A stretch of 64,000 nt of DNA from positions 17,259 to 81,258 of the forward strand of contig BTVX01000015.1 of NCBI GenBank assembly GCA_045862995.1. Direction: 5' to 3'. Shown piece after piece: positions 26,424-34,946 of this stretch (within the stretch, counting starts at the first letter, position 1; each line of letters starts with the position of its first letter). The DNA is from Chthonomonas sp. (lineage in GTDB: Bacteria > Armatimonadota > Fimbriimonadia > Fimbriimonadales > Fimbriimonadaceae). The position numbers and the translations under genes are program-made. Below the pieces are notes generated by a model. It was not told the DNA's origin and did no database searches. It worked only from the letters and a program-made list of their open reading frames with translations.

Positions 26424-28319
26424 TTACTCCGCCGGACGGCTCAGGTAATCCTCGCCCATGATCACCTTCACGATCTTGTTCTGATTGATCTTGTACTTGC
26501 GGGCGCGGGGGGCGAGGAAGCAGCAATCCACCGGTTCGAACGCGAACTCGGGGCCGGAGGGCGTCCAAGTCGCCATCGTCGTCTTCAGCCAGTTGGCGTC
26601 GTCGCGGTCGGGCGTGTCCATCTTGAAGTGCGCCCCGCGCGATTCGTCGCGCACGATCGCGCCGCCAACGATCGCCTTCGACATCTCGATCATGTGCATC
26701 ATCGAGCGCGTGAACGGGATGGCCTGGTTCGACCAGCCGCCGCCATCGGTCAGGTCGCACTTCTTGATGCGCTCGCCGAGGTCGTTCAGCCGCTCGCGCG
26801 CGGCCAGCAGGTCGCTCTGGAGCCGCCAGATGCCGCAGTTGTTCCACATCACTTCGGCCAGCTCGGCCTGCAGCGCATAGGGGTTCTCGGGGCCGTTCGA
26901 GCGCATCAGGCCCGCATAGAGCGAATCCTGTTCGGCCTTGGCCGCCGCCAGCGTGGCCGCCAGCGACACCTGGTCCGCAGCCTTTTCCATGCCAGCGAGG
27001 TACGCCATGACGCCTTGCGCCGCCAGTTCGCCGCCGGTCAGGCAGCTCAGCAGCGCGTTCGCGCCGAGCCGGTTCGCGCCGTGGTACTGGTATTCGCACT
27101 CGCCCGCCGCGAACAACCCGGGCAGGTTGGTCATCTGGTTCTTGGCCGACGCGATGTCGAGCGTGTTCTCGTGGCCCTTCTCGTATTGGACCCACAACCC
27201 GCCCATGGTGTAGTGAACCGCCGGGTAGATCCGCATGGGGTTCTCGATGGGGTCCTCGTTCATGAACTTCTCGTAGATCTCGAGAACGCCGCCGAGTTTG
27301 TCCCACACCTGCTCCCGGGTCATGCCCTTGTCTTTGACCAAGTGGCTGATGTCGAGGAATACCTGTTGTTCGCCGCGAACGCCCTTGCCCATGCGGCACA
27401 CGCAATAGATCGCGAACGAGACGATGTCGCGCGAGAGCAGGTTCGCGTAAACCGGGTCGAGGTCTTCGCAGAAGTACCAACGGTCGCTCTCGGGGATGTC
27501 CTTGCCGAGCCGCTTGTCCATGGGGTCGCGGGGCGTCCACACGCGCCCGCCTTCGCCTCGCACCGATTCGCTCATCAGGCGGCATTTGTCCTCGCCAGGG
27601 ATGGCCGTCGGGTGGATTTGCACCATCTCGGGGTTGCCGTAGGTGGCGCCTTGTTGGTAGCAGATGGACACGGGCGAGCCCGTGTTGATGATCGAGTTGG
27701 TCGAGCGCCCGAAGATCAGGCCGTTGCCGCCCGTGGCGATGACCACGGCATCCGCCGCGAACGACTCGATCTTCATCGTGCGCAGGTCTTGGGCCACGAT
27801 GCCGCGCACGTTGCCCTCGCCGTCCTTGACCAGCGAAAGGAAGTCCCAACCCTCGAACTTCTCGACGTCGTGGCTCACCTCCCACCGCCGCACCTGCTCG
27901 TCCAGCGCGTAGAGCAACTGTTGGCCCGTGGTGGCGCCGGCATAGGCGGTGCGGTGCTTGAGCGTGCCGCCGAAGCGGCGAAAGCTCAGAAGTCCTTCGG
28001 AGGTGCGGTTGAAGGGCACGCCCATGCGGTCGAGCAGGTAGATGATGGCGGGCGCGCGCTCGGCCATGCGCATGACGGGCGGCTGGTGGTTCAGGAAGTC
28101 GCCGCCGGTGATGGTGTCTTCGAAGTGCAGGTAGGGCGAATCGCCCTCGCCGCGCAGGTTCACCGCGCCGTTGATGCCGCCTTGGGCGCAGACGCTGTGG
28201 CTGCGCTTGACCGGGACGAGGCTGAAGAGTTTGACCTTGACGCCCGCCTCTGCGAGCTTCATGGTGGTCATGAGTCCGGCCAGTCCTCCGCCGACGACGA
28301 TGACTTCGCGCTGTGCCAT
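26424..28319 (-). CDS. sdhA: Succinate dehydrogenase/fumarate reductase flavoprotein subunit
   Basis: 631 aa with VVGGGLAGL FAD fold, RSHSVCAQGGING (covalent-FAD His), ..HPTAIPG.. and ..SESVRGEGG... Confidence 0.93.
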   Translation of the reverse strand: MAQREVIVVGGGLAGLMTTMKLAEAGVKVKLFSLVPVKRSHSVCAQGGINGAVNLRGEGDSPYLHFEDTITGGDFLNHQPPVMRMAERAPAIIYLLDRMGVPFNRTSEGLLSFRRFGGTLKHRTAYAGATTGQQLLYALDEQVRRWEVSHDVEKFEGWDFLSLVKDGEGNVRGIVAQDLRTMKIESFAADAVVIATGGNGLIFGRSTNSIINTGSPVSICYQQGATYGNPEMVQIHPTAIPGEDKCRLMSESVRGEGGRVWTPRDPMDKRLGKDIPESDRWYFCEDLDPVYANLLSRDIVSFAIYCVCRMGKGVRGEQQVFLDISHLVKDKGMTREQVWDKLGGVLEIYEKFMNEDPIENPMRIYPAVHYTMGGLWVQYEKGHENTLDIASAKNQMTNLPGLFAAGECEYQYHGANRLGANALLSCLTGGELAAQGVMAYLAGMEKAADQVSLAATLAAAKAEQDSLYAGLMRSNGPENPYALQAELAEVMWNNCGIWRLQSDLLAARERLNDLGERIKKCDLTDGGGWSNQAIPFTRSMMHMIEMSKAIVGGAIVRDESRGAHFKMDTPDRDDANWLKTTMATWTPSGPEFAFEPVDCCFLAPRARKYKINQNKIVKVIMGEDYLSRPAE

Positions 28320-28397
28320 GGGGTTACCGCCCTATTCTACCGATGCCCGCTGGCAGGAAGGTTGCCCGAAGCTGTGGATGCCATACTCCCCGCAGCG

Positions 28398-29162
28398 ATG
28401 CCCAACGAGCCGCGACTGAGCGAAGAGCAGGTCGGCGCGATTCTGCGCCGAGCCGCCGAGTTGCAGGAAAGCCAGGGCCGACCCGTCGTCGAGTCCGGCG
28501 TGGCGACCGCCGACATCCTCAAGATCGGCGCCGAACTCGGGCTCGATCCGCGATGCCTGCGCCAAGCCATCGAAGAGGCCGCCGCGGGGCTCGAAGCCCC
28601 CAAGAAGCGCGGGTTCTGGGGGGCGAGGGCCAAACTCGACGTCGAGCGCGTCATCCCCGGCGAACTCACCGACGACGCGTGGCACAGCATCCTCTCCGCC
28701 CTGCGGTCCCGCTACAACCGGATGGGCGCCGTTTCCGAAGTCGCGGGCGCGCACGAATGGGACGGCAAGGGCGATGGCGTGTCGCCCATCCACGTTTCGC
28801 TCCGCTCGAAGGATGGGCAGACGCGCGTGAAAGTGCTTTCCGACACGTCGCCTTCGGCTGTCGTGTTCTGCGCCGTGGCGCTCGCGCCGACCATCATGGC
28901 GACCGCCGGTTTGTCCGTGGCGGCCGTGCGCGGATTGGGGGCGACGCCCTTGGGGGGCTTCGCCGCCGCCGCACTGGGCCTCGTGGGCATCGGCGCGCTC
29001 ATCGCCAAAGGGCATTCCCTGATCCGCAACCGGCGGCAAGAGGCGGTTCAGGAGACGCTGGGCACGATCGCCGGAATCCTGGCCGCCGAGGGTGAGGCGA
29101 CCCAGACGATGGGCTCGCCCCAGACGCAGGAGATCATCGAGCAACGCCTCAACCAACCGTAG
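28398..29162 (+). CDS. Hypothetical membrane protein
   Basis: Internal ATG of ORF 26628..29162 (the part upstream is antisense to sdhA). MPNEPRLSEEQVGAILRRAAELQ.. followed by two C-terminal TM helices. Confidence 0.55.
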   Translation: MPNEPRLSEEQVGAILRRAAELQESQGRPVVESGVATADILKIGAELGLDPRCLRQAIEEAAAGLEAPKKRGFWGARAKLDVERVIPGELTDDAWHSILSALRSRYNRMGAVSEVAGAHEWDGKGDGVSPIHVSLRSKDGQTRVKVLSDTSPSAVVFCAVALAPTIMATAGLSVAAVRGLGATPLGGFAAAALGLVGIGALIAKGHSLIRNRRQEAVQETLGTIAGILAAEGEATQTMGSPQTQEIIEQRLNQP

Positions 29163-29221
29163 CGATCGCTTTGTTTTCATCGAACTTCTGGGTGTTGCCG
29201 GGCGTCAAAACCATCAGAACG

Positions 29222-29557
29222 ATGCGATCGCTTCGGAATGAATCCTCCACTCTCGCCGCCAAGCGGTTGGGCGTCGCCGCGCGCAAGAGGCGCAAGGCGC
29301 TCCGCGTGCCGCAGGGCCAGTTGGCCGCCATGGCGGGCTGCTCCGAGTTGTTCGTGCGCGAGCTGGAGCAGGGTAAGCCGACGGTGCGGCTGGACAAGAC
29401 CCTGGACGTCCTGCGCGTGTTGGGCCTCGAACTGCGGCTGGTTTCGGGCCGGGGGGTGCTGGTTGTCGACGAGCGACTCTGTGACGCGGCACCCGATGGG
29501 CCTAACAATCGCTGTCTGAACGTGTCAGGTGGAATAATGCCGGTGATACAGGACTAG
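29222..29557 (+). CDS. XRE-family HTH protein (HipB/Y4mF-like), possible R-M controller
   Basis: Internal ATG of ORF 29171..29557. ..LRVPQGQLAAMAGCSELFVRELEQGKPTVRLDKTLDVLRVLGLEL is the signature of Y4mF/HipB-type antitoxin HTH. No HipA gene is adjacent. Confidence 0.75.
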   Translation: MRSLRNESSTLAAKRLGVAARKRRKALRVPQGQLAAMAGCSELFVRELEQGKPTVRLDKTLDVLRVLGLELRLVSGRGVLVVDERLCDAAPDGPNNRCLNVSGGIMPVIQD

Positions 29558-29582
29558 CATCTTGGTTTGAAGAAAGAGGTTC

Positions 29583-30818
29583 GTGAGGCATGAGCTTGTG
29601 AAGTCGGTTGAGTTGTTCGCGGGCGCGGGAGGACTTGGGATAGGAATGTCCCAAGCAGGATTCCAGCATCAGCTCGTCGTGGAGTGGGACCACGATGCGT
29701 GCGAGACGATCCGAGCGAACCAGCGCCGGAACATCGAGCCGGTGCTCCACTGGCCCCTTGTCGAAGGCGACGTGCGGAGCGTGGACTTCGCGAGCATGGA
29801 GGGCAAGGTGGAGGTGATCAGCGGCGGACCTCCCTGTCAGCCGTTCTCCCTCGGCGGAAAGCACCGTGGGCACGAGGACGCCCGCAACATGTTCCCAGCC
29901 GTGTTCCAGGCGGTGCGCGGGGCTCGGCCGAAGGCGGTCCTGGTGGAGAACGTAAAGGGCCTCCTGCGCCAGTCCTTCGCCAGCTACTTCGAGTACATCG
30001 TGCTCCAACTCACCTACCCCGAGATCATCCGAAGGGGAGGTGAGGAGTGGACGAACCACATCGCCCGTTTGGAGCAGCACCACACCAGTTTGAAGAAGGA
30101 GCACGGCCTGACCTACAACGTCGTGTTCCGGCTCCTCAACGCGGCCAACTACGGGGTCCCGCAGCGCCGCGAGCGGGTAATCCTCGTCGGCATCCGATCC
30201 GATCTGGAGGCGCACTGGTCGTTCCCCGATCCGACCCACTCGCAACTCGCGCTGCTCTACGATCAGTTCGTTTCAGGAGAGTATTGGGAGCGTCACGAGG
30301 TAGCAAAGGCCGACCGCCCCGAGCCTCCCCGCAAGCTCGTGGGTCGCCTGGATCGGTTCGGGAGTGTGCTGCCCCTAATGGACGAGTCACCGTGGCTCAC
30401 GGTGCGCGACGCCATCCACGATCTACCAGACCCCAGGCCGAGCATGAACGGGGCGGCGGGGTGTGCCGTCTGGGCGAACCACGTCTTCAACCCAGGTGCC
30501 CGCGCATACCCTGGACACACCGGAAGCCCTCTCGACGAACCCGCGAAGACACTAAAGGCCGGCGACCACGGTGTCCCAGGGGGGGAGAACATGCTGGCCC
30601 ATCCGGACGGCGCTGTCCGCTATTTCACGGTCAGGGAGGCCGCACGGCTTCAGACGTTCCCCGACGAGTATGAGTTCTCGGGCTCCTGGTCCGAGATCAT
30701 GCGCCAACTTGGGAATGCCGTACCTGTTAGACTGGCTGCGGTAGTCGCCTCGTCGTTGAAGCAGCATCTTGAAGAGGCGGAACGAGGCCGTACCCGTGAG
30801 AATCCTAGAGCCGTATAA
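29583..30818 (+). CDS. DNA (cytosine-5)-methyltransferase
   Basis: Motif I ELFAGAGGLG, motif IV GGPPCQPFS, motif VI LVENVKG, motif VIII NYGVPQRRERV, motif X QLGNAVPV. Confidence 0.95.
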   Translation: MRHELVKSVELFAGAGGLGIGMSQAGFQHQLVVEWDHDACETIRANQRRNIEPVLHWPLVEGDVRSVDFASMEGKVEVISGGPPCQPFSLGGKHRGHEDARNMFPAVFQAVRGARPKAVLVENVKGLLRQSFASYFEYIVLQLTYPEIIRRGGEEWTNHIARLEQHHTSLKKEHGLTYNVVFRLLNAANYGVPQRRERVILVGIRSDLEAHWSFPDPTHSQLALLYDQFVSGEYWERHEVAKADRPEPPRKLVGRLDRFGSVLPLMDESPWLTVRDAIHDLPDPRPSMNGAAGCAVWANHVFNPGARAYPGHTGSPLDEPAKTLKAGDHGVPGGENMLAHPDGAVRYFTVREAARLQTFPDEYEFSGSWSEIMRQLGNAVPVRLAAVVASSLKQHLEEAERGRTRENPRAV

Positions 30819-31512
30819 CCCGCTGGGCGTTGAGAACCTGGGGATCAGCATCGCCAACGCGCTCCTCAGGCAACCCGCAGAGGCAATGCCTCCCCCCGAG
30901 CCATTCATCGCGGCGGGGATCTACGCCATCTACTACCTGGGAGAGTTCGAGCCCTACCGTCCGATCGCCGACCTCAATCGCGTGGAACGGTACAAGTTGC
31001 CGATCTACATCGGGAAGGCCGTCCCCAAAGGCGCACGGATCGGGGGCGTCGGCCTGGGAGGTAGCCCTGGACGTGTGCTGTACGACAGGTTGCGTGAGCA
31101 CGCCGAGTCCATCGAACTGGCCGAGAACCTCAAATTGGACGACTTCCGATGCCGCTTCCTCGCCCTTGAGGACATCTGGATCCCTCTGGGAGAAAGCCTA
31201 TTGATCGAGACGTTTTCTCCCCTCTGGAATCACCCTCTCTCGGGCTTCGGTAACCACGATCCAGGGTCGGGACGTTACAATCAGCAGCGATCAAAGTGGG
31301 ACGAGCTGCACGTCGGCCGAGCGTGGGCGCGGAAACTCCAACCCTACGGCAAGGGCGCGTACGGGAACGCCAACGCAATCGCCCAGGCCCTACTCATCGA
31401 GATCGCCCAGCACCTCGCGCGGACGGCAGCACCCCAAGAGGTGCCGGACGCCATCACCGAGGTCAATATGGCGCGCGAGGTCTCCGATGAGCCCAAGCCA
31501 GCCAACGACTGA
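30796..31512 (+). CDS. Eco29kI-family (GIY-YIG) type II restriction endonuclease
   Basis: GIYAIYYLG..YRP, LPIYIGKAVPKGAR, RLREHAESI, DFRCRFL, WIPLGESLLIETFSPLWN and GFGNHDPGSGR..QRSKWDELH match my recollection of the RE_Eco29kI family. The start is GTG 30796 or TTG 30769, overlapping the methylase end. Confidence 0.7.
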   Translation: MRILEPYNPLGVENLGISIANALLRQPAEAMPPPEPFIAAGIYAIYYLGEFEPYRPIADLNRVERYKLPIYIGKAVPKGARIGGVGLGGSPGRVLYDRLREHAESIELAENLKLDDFRCRFLALEDIWIPLGESLLIETFSPLWNHPLSGFGNHDPGSGRYNQQRSKWDELHVGRAWARKLQPYGKGAYGNANAIAQALLIEIAQHLARTAAPQEVPDAITEVNMAREVSDEPKPAND

Positions 31513-31579
31513 GTGCCTGACATCGGCAGAAAAAGCGTGTTGGGTCCAATGACGCCGAAGGCGTCGGACGTCCCCTACA

Positions 31580-32029
31580 ATGGCGCGCATGGTGCCACGA
31601 TTCATGGTGATGCTCGCCGCGGCGGCGATGCTGGTGGGCTGTCAGGGAGGACTGACCCAGGCCAGCCTCGCGGGCAAGTACAAGGGCGAAATGGTCGTCG
31701 CCGAGTCGGCGAAAGGTGACGAAAACAATCCGGCCAAGGCGCTCGCCGACAGCTTCGGTCAGGGCATGGCGTCCAGCATGACGCTCGAACTCAAAGCCGA
31801 CGGCACGTTCGCGATGACGGCGCTCTTCCTGCCTGTCGAAGGCAAGTGGACGCTCGAAGGAGACAAGGTCACGCTCAAGCCGGAGAAGGTCACGGGGATG
31901 GGCGACAACGCCTCCTTGACCACGGACAGCAACCAGCCCATGACGCTGAAGGCGACCGAGGGCGGCAAGCTGCTTGAGCCCCTGGACCAGAAGGCCAACG
32001 AACCGCAGTTCCGGTTCAAGCGGGAGTAG
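31580..32029 (+). CDS. Hypothetical lipoprotein
   Basis: Signal plus lipobox MARMVPRFMVMLAAAAMLVGC. 149 aa, no family recognised. Confidence 0.6.
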   Translation: MARMVPRFMVMLAAAAMLVGCQGGLTQASLAGKYKGEMVVAESAKGDENNPAKALADSFGQGMASSMTLELKADGTFAMTALFLPVEGKWTLEGDKVTLKPEKVTGMGDNASLTTDSNQPMTLKATEGGKLLEPLDQKANEPQFRFKRE

Positions 32030-33641
32030 ACCCGCCCGCCCCGGCGGGGCCTTGAAACACCACCGTGCGCGTGGGGAAGGCGAACGAGACCCCGTGCTCG
32101 GCGGCGAGTTCGAGGATCGCGCGCACGATCTCGCTCCGCGCCTTGAGCTCGCCATCGTAGTCGGGAACGATCAGGAAGCACTCCAAGAAGATGGAGATGC
32201 TGCTGTCCTCCAGACCATAGACGTACACGCGCCGCTTCTCCGGCGAAACGTCGTCGCGAGCGGCGAGCATGGCATCCACCGCTCGGGCGTACGCCTCCAG
32301 CCTCTCGGGCGGCGTGGCGTATTCCAGCCCCAGCGTCGTCTTGAGCCGCCTCACGCGCCGACGCCCGAAGTTCTCCACGCTGGCCTTGATGAGCGTGCTG
32401 TTGGGCAGCGTGATCAGCGAATCGGCGAACGTGCGGATGCGCGTGCTGCGCAGGTTGATCTCCTCAACGTTGCCGTCTATGTCGCCGATCCGCACCCAGT
32501 CGCCGACGGCGAACGGCATATCGAACAGAATCGTGAACGAGCCGAACACGTTCTCGATGCTGTCTTTCGCCGCGAAGGCGACGACCAAGCCGCCGATCCC
32601 GAGCCCGGCCACGAGAGCCGTCACGTTGATCCCGAACGCCGCAAGCGCCACCACCACGGCCACGGCCACGATCCCGATCTGGCAGAGCTTGGCCGCGAAC
32701 GGGAAGAACAGCTTCTGGGCGCGCTCGCCAAAGCTCTCGGCGTGCTTCTGGGCGCGGTCGAGCAAAGCGTCCACCACGTACCACGCCGACGACGCCCCGG
32801 CGGCGATCATGACCAGCTTGGCCGCGCCGACGAAGAACGCCCCGACCCACACCGGGAGGTTGAGGTAGGGCACCACCTCCAGCACGGCGAGAGACGTCAA
32901 GACCAAACCGATTTGTCGGGCGAATCCCGTCCGGTGGCGTTCGGCCAGACCGTGCGGGAACAGGCGGCGCAACGCGCGGAGCGAACCCGCGATGACCCAC
33001 GCCAACACCCGCGCCAGCACCCAGCCGCCCACCACGAGGACGGCCAGCCCGATCCACTGGTACACGCGCAAGCCGAGGGCGACGCCACGCAACCCATCGG
33101 GGACCTTGCCTTCGAACCACAGGCCGGGGGCGAACTGCCGTTCGCTGACCGCAGGGCCGTAGACGATCTCCCAATCGCGCACGACGGCCCAAATCTGGGG
33201 CAACGCTTCCACGGTTTCGGTCGTGAACCGCCACGCGCCGTCGGCGCCCGGGCCGATCTCGATGCGCCCAACCGTCTCTCCAGCCGAGGACCGGTACGCA
33301 CGGTACACGAACGGCGCATCGGTTCGGTCGGGGATTTGGCCGACGTGGACCAAGGCCGTACGATTGAGGGTTTGGAACAGCAGGTTGGCGCGCAAACGGC
33401 CGAGGGTCGGCCGCTCGACGCCGGGAAGCGACGAGAGGTCCAGGGTCTGGGCTGCAGCGTCCGCGTCGCCGCGGTTCATGGCGTCCAGAAACGTCTGCAT
33501 GGTCGCCCGGGGGTTGGCCAGTGCTTCCGGCACTTCCACGGGCGTCGGCGTCTGGTTGGGAGCCGGCAGTGGAAGCGTTTGAGCCCAAACGCCGGACGCC
33601 AAACCGCACCACGCCGCGATGAACCAAACCGCGCGCCTCAT
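32016..33641 (-). CDS. Mechanosensitive ion channel (MscS family) with a large periplasmic N-terminal domain
   Basis: 541 aa with a signal peptide and multiple TM helices. MscS core is ..FDMPFAVGDWVRIGDIDGNVEEINLRSTRIRTFADSLITLPNS. Confidence 0.88.
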   Translation of the reverse strand: MRRAVWFIAAWCGLASGVWAQTLPLPAPNQTPTPVEVPEALANPRATMQTFLDAMNRGDADAAAQTLDLSSLPGVERPTLGRLRANLLFQTLNRTALVHVGQIPDRTDAPFVYRAYRSSAGETVGRIEIGPGADGAWRFTTETVEALPQIWAVVRDWEIVYGPAVSERQFAPGLWFEGKVPDGLRGVALGLRVYQWIGLAVLVVGGWVLARVLAWVIAGSLRALRRLFPHGLAERHRTGFARQIGLVLTSLAVLEVVPYLNLPVWVGAFFVGAAKLVMIAAGASSAWYVVDALLDRAQKHAESFGERAQKLFFPFAAKLCQIGIVAVAVVVALAAFGINVTALVAGLGIGGLVVAFAAKDSIENVFGSFTILFDMPFAVGDWVRIGDIDGNVEEINLRSTRIRTFADSLITLPNSTLIKASVENFGRRRVRRLKTTLGLEYATPPERLEAYARAVDAMLAARDDVSPEKRRVYVYGLEDSSISIFLECFLIVPDYDGELKARSEIVRAILELAAEHGVSFAFPTRTVVFQGPAGAGGSTPA

Positions 33642-33660
33642 GCCCTAGACCGTACCCAAA

Positions 33661-34629
33661 TCACTCCGCTGAGCCGAGATCCAGAGCCAAATGCATCCAA
33701 GGCGGCATCTGCTTGAACCCGATGGCCTGATTGAGCCGGAACATGGGGTTGTTCGCGTTGTTGCCCGTCCGCACCAGGGTCACCCCGGCATCTCGAAGCA
33801 GCTGCAGCGACTTCACCTTGAGCGCGCGCGCCACGCCTCGTCCCCGATAGGCGCGCCGCACGCCGGCCAAGCCGACGTCCACGATGGTGGCATCCATCTC
33901 CCGGGGCCGCTGCGTGAGCATGCCCACCGGTGTGAGTCCATCCAGCACCACGGCCACGAGGTGCGCGGGGTAGTCCGGTCGCCCGACGTACTTCGCGTAG
34001 TTCTCGAACGTGTCGGGCGTCAGGGGTTCGGGCGAGGGCACGTCCTGGAACGTCTCGGCATAGAGAGCGTACATCCGCTCGGTCGCCTCGGGGCACCGCT
34101 TCCGGTACTCGGCGAGCGTGACGACCTCGAGTCCCTGGGCTTCGACGGCGGCGATGCACGGCTCCCAGCGCGCCCAGTCCACGGTGCCCACTTCGAGTTC
34201 GCTGTCCTCGTCCTGATGGGTTTGGAGAAAGCCCTTGGAACGCTTGAACGCGTCGTCCACGGGGTGGTCGCCCTCGCTGAACGAGGCCAGCGTGTCGGCC
34301 CCGGCCCGACGCGCCTCGGCGACCACGAGTTGAAAGAGCGCGTCGCGGACGTCGTTGGCTTCGTCCTCGGGGACGACAAACTCCATGTAGAGCTTGCCCG
34401 GTCGGTCGCTCCACTTCATCGTGCCGAGCCCGGCATACCCGACGGGCCTGCCGCCCCGCCTCGCCAGCCATCGCCGGTGGCCCGAGTCGAGGTGGTGGAG
34501 GTCGTCGCGCTTCATCTCGTTCTCGGTCACTGCGAACCGAGGGTGGGTGGCGTTGTGGATCGCGACGACGACGACGTAGTCGTCGTCGGTCTTCGCGAAC
34601 GGTTCGAGGGTGATCGGCTCGGCGCTCAT
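33661..34629 (-). CDS. GNAT-family N-acetyltransferase (two GNAT-like halves)
   Basis: Internal ATG of ORF 33661..34953 (MSAEPITLEPF..). Acetyl-CoA loop is VRRAYRGRGVARAL. Confidence 0.75.
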   Translation of the reverse strand: MSAEPITLEPFAKTDDDYVVVVAIHNATHPRFAVTENEMKRDDLHHLDSGHRRWLARRGGRPVGYAGLGTMKWSDRPGKLYMEFVVPEDEANDVRDALFQLVVAEARRAGADTLASFSEGDHPVDDAFKRSKGFLQTHQDEDSELEVGTVDWARWEPCIAAVEAQGLEVVTLAEYRKRCPEATERMYALYAETFQDVPSPEPLTPDTFENYAKYVGRPDYPAHLVAVVLDGLTPVGMLTQRPREMDATIVDVGLAGVRRAYRGRGVARALKVKSLQLLRDAGVTLVRTGNNANNPMFRLNQAIGFKQMPPWMHLALDLGSAE

Positions 34630-34946
34630 GGGGGAGGGAAGATACCACGGCGTCCTCCCGGTCGCCTCGGCAACGGACCCACGCGTCAATGGTCGGCGCG
34701 GCATGAACGAAACATGAACATTCGAAACGCCCCGGAATGGCGTATATTGGGTTGGACCGCGCGCGACGCCAGAGACGTGGACTGATTCAGTCATAGGTTG
34801 TGTAATATGGAACTCGTGGCGTGGCATTCCTTCGGAACGCGTTTTCGGTCTAGAATAGGGCTGTGTCGAACCGTCGGTCGGCGTGTGCTGGCTGACGTCT
34901 TTTTTGCATCGCCCTGGGATGCGACCGCAGCGGAAGGAGCGCAACA

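Noticed and set aside
26628-28397. N-terminal 590 aa of the 844-aa plus-strand ORF 26628..29162
   Set aside because: It is antisense to sdhA and the translation is Arg/Ala/Val-rich without motifs. Only the last 254 codons (from the ATG at 28398, outside sdhA) look like a gene.
31974-33716. 580-aa plus-strand ORF and 387-aa alternative-frame minus ORF over the MscS locus
   Set aside because: The MscS frame (32016..33641, minus) has a signal peptide, TM helices and the conserved MscS beta-domain motif. The others are Arg/Pro-rich artefacts.
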